Assembly (NCBI GenBank): GCA_030141605.1
Contig: JAQGDQ010000428.1
Location: 62,001 to 126,000, forward strand
Source of the DNA: Tubiluchus corallicola
Lineage: Eukaryota; Animalia; Priapulida
Direction of reading: 5' to 3'
Length of the DNA stretch: 64,000 nt
Part shown: positions 1 through 11,036 of the stretch, in pieces
Position numbering within the stretch: the first letter of the stretch is position 1
Layout of the letters: every line of letters begins with the position of its first letter
Translations under genes and position numbers: made by a program
The notes under the pieces: generated by a model
What the model was told of the DNA's origin: nothing
The model's input: the letters and a program-made list of their open reading frames with translations, nothing else
Database searches by the model: none

Positions 1-368
1 CATAAATTATAGAAATTTTACTTGCCTTGAAAGAGGAATAGGTATATCTATTCGTTCGTCTATCTACTTATCTTCAAGAGTACGGGAATACAGCACAAAC
101 TGTGAAATGTATTGTGTAGATTTTAAGTATGTATGAAACGCTAAAAGCCAAAAACCACAAAATGAGGTACACTGGAGGTAATAAACTTGATAAAAAGCAC
201 TTTCCCTATAGCCGTCAGTTTAAGTTTTTCCACGTATTACCAAGAACAAGCGTACTTTACATGCGAATAGGAGGAAAAGTAAGAATTACTGAAAATAGAA
301 TTTTTTAAGCCATAAACGCTTTGAATCAGGTGACGTCTGTGAAACATAATAATTGTGACACTCATTCA

Positions 369-382
369 GTTGCCATGGTTTC
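369..382 (+). promoter_or_regulatory. Candidate RFX X-box upstream of the calcyphosin-like gene
   Basis: GTTGCCATGGTTTC: perfect GTTGCC-AT half site, degenerate second half; about 170 nt upstream of the ATG. Confidence 0.45.
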
Positions 383-550
383 GCGATGCGGTGCAGGAAT
401 ACCTGTAGTTTCACCAAGGTAACATTTGTTTTATAGATCAAAATTAATGTTTCCTGTGCGCTTGCAAAACTCGGCCGACATCGGTTAAAATTATTAATGC
501 GCATTTTAAGTTGTTATTTTGATTTAGAAACAACTAATTAGATTTCTAAG

Positions 551-1165
551 ATGGCCGAGCAAGAAATGAAGAACAGACAAAGACGTCTAGCTAGCCTAGC
601 CAGCGATCCAATAGAAAAACTGAGAGCTAGATGCTTGGCGAGAGGAGTAGATGGAATTTCAAAGTTTTCAAGAACATTTAAGATATTCGACGACGACGCA
701 AATAAAATGCTGAACAAGGAAGAATTCAGGAAAGGGATGCACGATTACCAGTGCGAACTGAACGAGCAGGAAATAGTTCAACTTTTTAACCTGTTCGACA
801 GAGACAACAGCGGCTCCATCAACTTTGACGAATTCCTTGAAAGAATACGACCTCCAATGAGCAAAGCGAGGAAGAACATCATTGAGAGGTGCTTCCAGAA
901 AATGGATAAGACGGGCGACGGTAAAGTGACGGTGGCCGATCTAAAGGGAGTGTACAATGTCAAGGAACACCCAAAATACATGAATGGCGAAATGAGCGAG
1001 GGAGACGTGTTACAATTGTTCTTGAATCAGTTCGAGAAAAATTCGGCTGATGTAGATGGCTGCGTAACGAAGGAAGAATTCTTGAATTATTACTCTGGAG
1101 TCAGTGCTTCCATTGATCAAGATGCTTATTTTGACTTAATGATGAGAAGCGCGTACAAAATTTAA
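551..1165 (+). CDS. CAPSL: Calcyphosin-like EF-hand calcium-binding protein, single coding exon, 204 aa
   Basis: Family N-terminus [14 protein letters not shown]; EF-hand loops [47 protein letters not shown]; C-terminal [28 protein letters not shown] typical of CAPS/CAPSL. Paralogue assignment is from recall. Confidence 0.9.
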   Translation: MAEQEMKNRQRRLASLASDPIEKLRARCLARGVDGISKFSRTFKIFDDDANKMLNKEEFRKGMHDYQCELNEQEIVQLFNLFDRDNSGSINFDEFLERIRPPMSKARKNIIERCFQKMDKTGDGKVTVADLKGVYNVKEHPKYMNGEMSEGDVLQLFLNQFEKNSADVDGCVTKEEFLNYYSGVSASIDQDAYFDLMMRSAYKI

Positions 1166-4100
1166 CTGTAAATTGCTCAACCAAAATAACAATTGACGAA
1201 CGTATTTATTGTATTTTAAACTAACATTTCACAGAGGATAATTTTTCTTAAAAAATCACTAAAAAACCGATAATTTCAGTAATCTTCTGATCACTGCGCT
1301 TTTTCGCTACAGTAATTATTTGAAATATTTAGTTAATCATCCAAATATCCGTTTCTTCAATTGTCTATAATATGTAGCAGGATGTACAATGTATAATTGT
1401 AATTATGATAACATAATACATATTTTGCAATGTGTGCATTTAATTAATTTTTAAGGACGCAAATTACAATGTTCACATGTACTAGAATGAAGAAAAAACA
1501 ATCACTACTACTGCTGTAAACTGATGTCAAATTAATTATGACAAACCACTGCTACAACTGTCATACTGTGGCAATTACTTTCAAACCGCTGCCACCATTG
1601 TGATGACCCTGATCTTGTATTTCCTATAGGGGAATCAAAGAGGGGCATGCTGCGTTAGTTTTACATCTCATAACAGAAGGGAGCTAGTATGATAGTCGTT
1701 AAATGCATGGATGCAGATCGGCCTAAGGCGGTTGTTAAAAATACGGGGGACTAAGGCCTATTTGCACTCTATACACTAATGGATCTGAAGAAAAAGAAAG
1801 ATCAAATGGCAGACATTAAAATAATTAATCAAACAATTTAATCATCAACAAATTCCAAAGTGATTCGACTTAAGCATAAGGTCAGTAATAACAAAGATAT
1901 AGCAATATTGGGGTTAGTAGGGTATATACATTTTCATGAAGTTCATGTCTGCCCACTATGTACCTAGGTTTTTTGGAACACTTTTCCTTTAAAGCAAAGA
2001 GTTTGTAGAACGGTAGCAATACGTCGTAATATAACCTCTGCGTCTGAATACAGTTGTGATTCCAAACTTCGACAGTGAAACTACCAATTAGTCTTTACCC
2101 AGCAAGTAGCATCGAAGAACATTAGGCTAGTATACGTGATGTTTACGTTATCAGTGCGACGTTAGTTACAATCGTAACAAAAGCGAAAAGTACCTGTTAC
2201 CACCCTGGATGTGGTTCTGCAGCAGGTCGATCCATTTGTCAGTCAGTGGGTAACTCCACTACTGCAGACTATAGGCCAGCATCTCTGGGACAACTCTGGC
2301 TGACGACTACAGGTCACGACAACTAGGCTCTCACAGTATCACCATGTACATTACACACCATGTCTTGTGTGAAACTTTCTAGTACGGCATTTCTCTTCAA
2401 AAACATATAACTTCACAGAGACGAGCAAACGACCTGTCTCGTTCTGTGTCAAGTTGCCATCTATATCTAGATATCTATGTCTATATCCAGTGTTGAACGA
2501 AGTTCATCGAGAAGCCACTCGCTTAAACAGCTATTATTTTATTCACCTCTGCACTATCGTTAACCTTGACTTAGCCACTGCATTACAGCCGCGATAGGGC
2601 AGACAAGAGTCGGTCAGACGGAATTCAAAAGGAGGTTTGTTAGTAGGTGCCTACATCCTAACAAAATATCAATAATTAATAATACAATTAACTATCACTG
2701 CCAGTAGCTAAATATCCTACATCCCAATTAATTAAACATACAGTGTGAATAGGGCTTAATGTTGCATAAGCATAATGTGAGAACTATTAAATGTAGGGCG
2801 AAACATGGCAGCAATACTCTTCAGCTTTTTTTTCAAGTTGACGATTATGCGATGACCATTTTGCATGATGCTGTTTGCTAATACAGCACAAATAGTTTTT
2901 CGAAAAGAATAACGGCGCGTGCTATAGTAACAAATTACAAAACTGTACACTATAAAAGACATTTCAAAGATAATCTACTGCACGTATGCTGCCAAATACG
3001 AAACGTCCTAAAATTCGTTGTCCATTCAGTAATCACAAGAACAAAGTAGTTAATCGTTTGATGAATGTTAATGGTGCAAGTCGCTAAACCCGATTTGTCC
3101 TTCAACTCAATTAACGCAGTTAAAATCATTTCCTCAGCGCATCTCACGAGTTTCATTTGATGTGTCGCAAAGCAACAGCCAAAACGGATGCATGTCGGAC
3201 ACAAATAGCTTCACATTTGATCCCCTCAAACATTTTGTTATAACAAAACAGCTAGCAAAGCCCAAAGATCTATTTAAATACGTGGACCTTGACAGCTGTG
3301 AGAACAAATACAAAATAAGTTTTAGCATCGTGTTATAGACTTGTCAGTCAAGGAGGCCAAGAGACATGTGGTAAGCTGTCAACATACCGTCACAGCATAG
3401 GCGTATACACATTTCTAATGTATAAAATTATGTAATTCCAAATTCGACTTGTACAAACTTAATGACAAAATTTTAATGACGATTTAATGAGAAATATTTG
3501 AATGGCCGAGCAAACCAGACACCCAGTCGCTCCTCATTTCAGTACCTCCGTTTAGCGTACGACTATGATTAGGCCTATTACAGAAGCCACACACTAATTT
3601 AATTTCTAAATTCTGTAATGCAGTTATTATACCCTGTTAGGTACCTTAATCAGAAATATGATCTCTGACGTTCTACTAGAGTTTGTAGATAACACTCTTT
3701 AGCTCATAGCACTAAATTAAGTATTTTGACCCTAGTGAAATTACAGCTGCACGCAGTGGCCAAGCCCGGGAGTTCATCAAAAAAGATTTTTCACCACTTA
3801 GACAAAGAAAAACTGAAAAAATCCTGAGGAGTTAGGCAACCAGACGTACCAATTACAGTCCAATGTCAATTTTTACAAAAGCTTTGGCACCGTCGTTAAC
3901 GTTTTAACAACAAACGGTTTAAAAAGAGTCTGACTTTGTTAGTAAATGGCATAGAAACTTATGAAAATCCAGTTCATTGGTATGAATGGGTAGGGCTGAT
4001 TGGATCAAGATGTAAAAGATGGACCAATATGAGGATATTGTAGTTGTCACTGGTCACTGTAGTCAGTAATCCATTTAATCACCAGAATTCGATAGTTTGC

Positions 4101-5374
4101 AAAATGCACTAATCAGAACTGACAAGAAATACACTTCAGAGGTGATATTGTGCTGGTCGCTCACACATCTCAAATAGTAAGCCTGCCACTCTGCGTGCCA
4201 GTGCCTGGCAAATAGAGCTTACTGGCTTATATTATTGAGTCAATAAAACAGTGCCTCATTTAACAATAAAACCGTAATAGTAATAGCAAAACCAATTGCA
4301 AAATCAACAGAACTGGAAAACACAGAAATTCATGCTCATATAGATCATTGTCATATTGAAATATTTTCTCATTTTAGTTCACAAATAAGAGAATCCATTG
4401 CCTAAAAGTGATGATTTCTGCAAAATTTATTGTTGAAGACAGGATACAGCATATTGCATTATTTCTTTTAGATGATACAATTTTCCTCAAATAACCTACT
4501 GGCCTGCCAAAATCACATTCATGCTATATAATAATTCTGACATAGCCTAAATAATGTCAATTAATTCCAATCACATTACCTAATAAGCCTTTGCACAATT
4601 CCAGTGATTGATGATGATCATGAAAAAGTCAAAGCTTAAGTGTACCAGACAACACATTTGTGTGTACTTGACAGCGTCTCGCAGCCCAAGCTATTGTAAT
4701 AGTAACAATTTTAACAGCAAGCTAGAACCTTACCTAGTTAATTTTTCTTTGCTTCCAAGCAAGAACCTGCTAGTAAATCACTTTAGGCACGGTATAATGG
4801 TAAATTAAGTAAAGTCCATCTAAAACAACTGAAGTTAGTGAACTGTATGGCAGACATTCTTTGCTTTACCCACACGTCATGTGATGGTTATAGTTAATAC
4901 GTGTTGCTGTGGCACACATAACCTTTAACCTACAGCAACTGCAAGTGTGCACAACGAACCTGTGAAAAGGCTTATTGGTCCATATGACTTAAGAAATTCA
5001 AAACTCAGTAAGCTTCCACTTTCCACTTTTGATGAATAAATTTCCTGAATAGTCTGAAGTGTCTTAAGTGTGTTAGAAAGTTTTTCTCCTATTTTCCCCT
5101 GCAATTTTATAACATAGGACCTCCCCACAAAACTGCCTTCACATGTACTATGAGTATGTATACATGTATAATAATAGAACTTTGAGCACTCATGTAATCA
5201 TACACTGCCTCACATATCCCTTGTCTTATAACAATCTAAAATTTGGATGTGTTTTTTGGTCAGAAATAAAAATATCTAGTAACTTATGTTCTTTAAAAAA
5301 TGCAAAAATCATTAGATCAACAGACAAAAATATTTAGCTGGCATCTACAAAGAGGTCATAAGAAAATATGGTGT

Positions 5375-5758
5375 CAGGAGCATCAGACTACCAGAAATCA
5401 AATCCAGTTTTTGGCTTTCGAATCCAATTCAAATTTCAAGCTTTCAATTTCCAACCAAATTCAGTATTAAAGATTTTTCAAATAAATGTCGAATCAGTAA
5501 CAAAAACATTCGCCTCAAAGATAACGAGTATTGCCTGATTTTACTCTACAATAATAACTAAAATAATTTGTTAAAATGTTGAACATGCAGATCACAGCAT
5601 AACAGGATAGACTGCATGATGATTCAAATGCTTTAATGATAAAGAACAAAATTTAATGTAATTTTTATGTTGAATTATTCAAATCCATAATTTTAGGTTC
5701 AAATTCAATCCAAAATCAAAATATTGAATTTGAACATTCAACTCAAATACTACCCGTA
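5375..5758. mobile_element. Decayed hAT-like MITE, same family as 61552-61956
   Basis: Colinear shared blocks (CTACCAGAAA, AAAGATT, ATCACAGC, TGATAAAGAACA, TGAATTATTC); subterminal TTCGAAT repeats mostly mutated to TTCAAAT/TTGAAT. Confidence 0.65.
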
Positions 5759-5922
5759 ACATCTACAAAACAGTGGTTTACTAGCTTTACAAAGTCTCAC
5801 TACTAACGCTAAAAATCCTATAAAAATTAAACTAAACTTTACATCTTTATTTATTATTCTTAATTATATTTTTTAGGAGAGACTAAATGTAAACTGCACT
5901 CTGAATATGTACTTCACTGAAT

Positions 5923-7032
5923 TTAGAAATTTACTTTTGGCTGGCTGAATGCCTCATAGACATTAGCAGCAAAATCTTGCAGATTTTCCATCATAATTAA
6001 TTCTTTCACAAATCGACTTGACTGGTCACTGCAAATTGAGTGAATTAGCCCATTAATGACCGGAATAATTTTAGCAAGTGGTAATGTCATTTCATTCAAG
6101 TTCACATCAACATGGCCATTTGGACCATTTGGCTTGCAGAATTGAACCAGACAATCCAATAGAAAAGAAAATCCTTTATCAAACCCACAGAAAAGGAGTT
6201 TTTGAAAGTCCTCGCTTTCCAAAACATCTCGCGTTTCATCTGTTAAATGCTGGACAATAGTGTCTTCTCTCAATGTAGCACAAGCCTCGTCCAGTTTTGC
6301 ACTTTCAGGGTCAAGAATAAATTGAAGCATACAGTTGTGCGTTCCTTGCTTCCTTTCTTGGCAATCCACTATGCGGCACAATTCTACTTCCGCTCTTATT
6401 TCCTGTAATATATCACCAAGCTTTTCAAGGCTAAGTTGCTCTTTCAATGAAACATCACCAATAGCGTTCTCCACCACCACTCTCACATGATTTACAAGAC
6501 GTTCAAGGCCTGTTCCAAGTAGATACTCAACGAGAGCCAAATATCTTTTCTGTGCATTTGGAGGCACTGCTTGCAGTGCATTTTCTATCTCAAAACCATT
6601 TCTGTTCGCAATTGAATCAAGATACATATAACCACCCATTATGTTCAACTGAACACGAAGAAAAAGCAATAACATTGTTGAGCTGTAGATAGCAGAAATG
6701 GTACGTGTAAAACTAAGTATTTTGATGTCTTCCCATATGTCCAGCTTGCTCTCAGGTTTTTGTTTTAGAAGTTGAATCATTGATTCAGTGTCCAGTAAAC
6801 ACATTAGCCGTTTCCTGAGGTTATTCAACATGGATAATCCAGACGTATTACATGTCCTTTGATTATTGTCAAAGTGATACTGTTTCTTTGTCAATTTCAG
6901 TGCCTCTGTAGCTGTTTCTTCCTGCCATTTAGCCAGCTTCCACTGGATGAATTTTCCAACTACATATAAGCCACTCAAAATACCTCCAGTCACGGCTATT
7001 TTTCTTTTGTGTCGCTTTAGAAAACTCCACAT
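5923..7032 (-). CDS. PEX3: Peroxisomal biogenesis factor 3, single coding exon, 369 aa
   Basis: MWSFLKRHKRK basic mPTS followed by a TM segment; QYHFDNNQRTCN, KLDIWEDIKILSFTR, LRVQLNIMGGYMY, LPLAKIIP and FAANVYEAFS motifs; strong acceptor (ttttttattttaatttgtag) 8 nt upstream of the ATG. Confidence 0.97.
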   Translation of the reverse strand: MWSFLKRHKRKIAVTGGILSGLYVVGKFIQWKLAKWQEETATEALKLTKKQYHFDNNQRTCNTSGLSMLNNLRKRLMCLLDTESMIQLLKQKPESKLDIWEDIKILSFTRTISAIYSSTMLLLFLRVQLNIMGGYMYLDSIANRNGFEIENALQAVPPNAQKRYLALVEYLLGTGLERLVNHVRVVVENAIGDVSLKEQLSLEKLGDILQEIRAEVELCRIVDCQERKQGTHNCMLQFILDPESAKLDEACATLREDTIVQHLTDETRDVLESEDFQKLLFCGFDKGFSFLLDCLVQFCKPNGPNGHVDVNLNEMTLPLAKIIPVINGLIHSICSDQSSRFVKELIMMENLQDFAANVYEAFSQPKVNF

Positions 7033-10000
7033 TTTGTATGCTACAAATTAAAATAAAAAAATGTTAAGCAAAAAATTGTTAAACAAGTGATTAACATTAA
7101 TCAGAACCTCAAGGTGAGATAATAACAGTAACTAACTAGTAACTTTCTTGTCTCACTAGTAAAGCTAAACCACTAAGATAAGTCAACCAGCAAGAGTATC
7201 TTAGCTTTGTTTGGATGTAAATCATCCTTGTGTAAAGTAAATACTAGAATAAGCACGAATTAAGCTCCCAGAAGACGCTGTTGGCCAACCAGTCTCGGCA
7301 TTGATTAAAAGGCAATTCCTTCATAAAGCTAATAAATTTGTCTTAAAACTTTGTAATATGTTGTCTCACTGCACAAAGAGTTTACATTTGTAAATTTCTA
7401 AATTCAAAATCCCATACTTATAGTTAAGGCATAACCATTTTAACAGTCTGTTGTTAGGTAAAAATTGAAGCAATTTTAGACAATATTGCGTAAAGTTAAA
7501 AAAATAACCAGAGCATTAGTAATCGACACTTCACTAACTATGTAAAAGTATAAATTTCTTTATCTTGTAAAATATATTAATAAATACTTTTTTTGATGTA
7601 TTTTGCCAGTTGGCGAGAACAGTTTAAATTACTAGGGATTTCCTTTTCCAGTTAAGTATGTGTTTAAAACAGGCAAGCTAAATGCTAAGTAACATAACTT
7701 TACATGAAAGCTCTTGATACACTTTAATTTTTTTTCTTGTTCTTCCCCTCTAACTAGCAAGCACATGTCCACTTGCCCTTCCCCCACCGGTTGAAAAAAT
7801 ACAAAGATAATGTGAAATAAATTAAGTAAGATACTACATTACTATGACTTGAAAACACTGAGCAATGCAGGATCTGCAGTAGAACGCCAAGCTGGCCGTG
7901 CTTATTAGAGTCAAACACGGATACAGATTAATCAGTTACTTATGAGATTCTAAGCCACTTAATATTTCAATAAACTCAATCACCATGAATTCAATGACAA
8001 AAATAAATAGGTCTACAAGTTAGAAGTAATTAGTCAAAAACCACCAATGCTACTCAAATATACGTGAAAGGCAGACGACTACACCAGGTGCTGGACAAGA
8101 TAGATCATCTAGTAATTTGTTGGCTACTAGTACTATGCATACAAAAAACTGCTGAAACCTCAAGACACAGGAAACTTAACCCCTAATCCTAATAATATAA
8201 TATCGGCTCAGCATGTAGGGTAAAAAGTAGACTACAACACAAAATTTGTTTATCATCAAAATTATGAATTTAGTTTTCCTTACTAAAAAATAGACTGTAC
8301 AAGTTTAACCTCCCAGCCACAGACGTGCTCGTGTATCAATATGGGACATCATATACAACAAAAGAAATCATGAAAATGTAACACCTTGACGTTGTCTTTG
8401 TTCATTGAGTTCGATAAAGCACAATAATTTTTATATTGATGAGGTTCATGATTTTGCAGGTTCTCTCTCTTCTCACGCAATGTTCATACAGAAATTGCAC
8501 AGTCTCAATGCAAAATGATGTTTTCTGAGAAAATACATATATTTTCTGTAGTCATTTCAAAACTTTAGTTAATTTGTTATTGTAATCATTATAAGCCGAA
8601 TTACTGTATTAGAAAAGAAAAAAAAATTAGCCAGTGTTCCTAGCTTGGTTGGTATATTTTGTAGAAGTATATAATTTTTATATAATGCACTTTTCAACCT
8701 TATAACTATTAGCATGGAACATATACTTACAATTTTACAATTTAAAGTTGTTGATGCACCCTCTGCTGTTGTATTGAAAAAAAGCTTGCCTCAGTCAGAA
8801 GTTCTGGGTGAGGTTAAATTGTACATTTATATGCATTAGTTTTCCCTTTTATTGATATCTTCTTTATTTTACCCTAGGACCAACGGCAGTGTACTTTTAT
8901 TGGGTCTTTGTTGTTGTCCTTGTTATCTTGCAGGTCACAGGTTCTTTTTGACATTATTGACAAGATCACTTCAAAGTAAGCCATGGTAGAAATGAAACGA
9001 AACGAGACTGGCAATGGCGATTTAGGCATTTCAGAATGGTTTACTGTGCCTATAGCGGCATAGCTAATGGGAGTATCTGCTTCCCCAAAACATGTTTTTC
9101 AAAATTGGTGCCTTTTCAACAATGGAGTTTTTATTTGACCAACCTGCCAGCCATGTTTGGTATGTGTTACGTGCAGCGCCTTTTTTATGTTATGCCGTCG
9201 TCCATGGCTATACTAATACTGTATTTTTGTGTATCCACCTGTCCGAGATACAGCAAAAAGGAGCAAATCTGCTGACTAACGCAGTCGTAGTGGTTGGACT
9301 TATTTTCAATTTCAATGTTTTGTCGTTTGCTCTTTCAACCAATCAGAAGTCATCTTTTTGGGTTCATTTTTAAACTAGCGAAAACTGTAAAAGCTGTTGT
9401 TTTACTTTCACAACGTACGTTCTTTGCGAGTTTGCTGTGTTTTTTTTCAGTGCTTATTCTTTCTTATGTTAGTGACGCCCACAGTTGTTATCTCGTTGTT
9501 GTTATATCTGTGCTTATCCACTTTTAGTGTGAGTTCATGCAGTTAGTTGCTAAATAATTGCCGAAAGCACCGTGGCTCTGTCACTAAGTAACAAAGCACA
9601 GTTTGTACACTTTAGTGTGCTTCTTTTTATTGCGCTAACATTTACAGAAGTTGTGCAACTTGTGCGTAATATGTGAAGCTGCAGTCTTGAAAAATACTTT
9701 ATAATAATAGCCATTCGATTCTTTAATAAAATATAACTATAGTAAATTAGTATAAGTGTGTACAATAACTCCTTTCAGAAGGTTTCAAAGTATCAGTACA
9801 CTGGGTATCACATTACATTAATTAAGATCACATAACTAAACCTTTAAGCAACACATGAATCTTAACGATTCCGTTTACCCAATGCAGCCATAGGATGTTC
9901 ATATTATATCAATCACGAATATTTTACTGTACACTGTACAGTCTGTAGATCTACAGACTACAGTACAGGGTGAACCATGCAGGTTTTTTGCCCATAGTTT

Positions 10001-10514
10001 ACTTTCTGCTTATGCCTCTGTGTTACTGCTTGTTGTGCATAGATTAATCACAATCGTCTACAGTAATCTGACCTCTGAAAAGTACTTAAGAACAAATTTA
10101 ATAAACACAATTATAAGAATTAGTTGGAAACCTGGAATGATCTTCTATTCTAATAACTCGCCTACTATTTTTATATAATGTTCAAATGTAATGTTTTATT
10201 GATAAAGTGGCAGTAAATTTACATTAGGTCGAATCCAATTATATTTAGCTGCACGCTAAGTGAATTGGTATTTGGGAAGGAATTTTAATGTAAAATTCTG
10301 CCCAAATAATAGATTATAATCCGCTGCTTTGGTAAAAATTTTTCCTAAATGTGTAATTATTTAGTACACATTTTGTGAATGTGATTTTGGCAATCCCAGG
10401 TTCTTAATAATTTTAAGCACAAAAGTAAAGTATAGGAAGCTGGTCACCTACACAATGACAGCTTCAAGTCAGGAATATAGAACATTGTGTTAGTAGAGAC
10501 TCACTATAGAGTGT

Positions 10515-10537
10515 GCCGCCGAAGGCAATTTCGAATT
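10515..10537 (+). promoter_or_regulatory. Candidate CDE/CHR-like cell-cycle promoter element of TPX2
   Basis: GC-rich GCCGCCGAAGG followed by TTCGAA (CHR variant, 10530-10535); a second TTTGAA at 10674-10679; possible 5'UTR intron 10705-10907. Confidence 0.35.
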
Positions 10538-10915
10538 TAATTGTTTTTTTGACATGCTGTACTTTGTAACAATAAAAAAATATTTTGGCCATTCTGACAG
10601 TTGAAAATCTTAAAAGTTAAAATCTTGATTATGCTCTACAAAAATTATTTGATTGACTCTAACAAATGATAGTTTTGAATAAGGGAACACACTTATCTTG
10701 GCAGGTGTATTTGACATGAATTGACAACTAATCTATTCACTGTATAGAACATTTTCGTCATAAAATTTTGTTAAATATTTGTCCTAAATTATTACATATA
10801 GACAGTAATGATGATTTCTGACAGTACCAGTAATGTAAATCTAGTGTTATCAATGTGTGCATCTAACTTAAATTTGAATTCATTCTGTTGTTTTTTAATC
10901 ATTTTAGAAAACTTA

Positions 10916-11036
10916 ATGGAAAGAAACGTAACACTGATGGATTGTTTTGACCCAGAATATGAATACAATGCACCCACATTTGTAGATTTTACGGAACCGT
11001 CTGAATTTAATGACGATGATGCAGATTCCTGGTTTG
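10916..11036 (+). CDS. TPX2: TPX2 coding exon 1 (Aurora-A-binding motif)
   Basis: YEYNAPTFVDF...DADSWF resembles vertebrate YSYDAP..F...DSWF; acceptor ends 10907; donor G|GTGAGT. Confidence 0.92.

Noticed and set aside
9036-9527. Cluster of short ORFs between PEX3 and TPX2
   Set aside because: No recognisable domain or consistent splice structure; likely repeat remnant or UTR/intron
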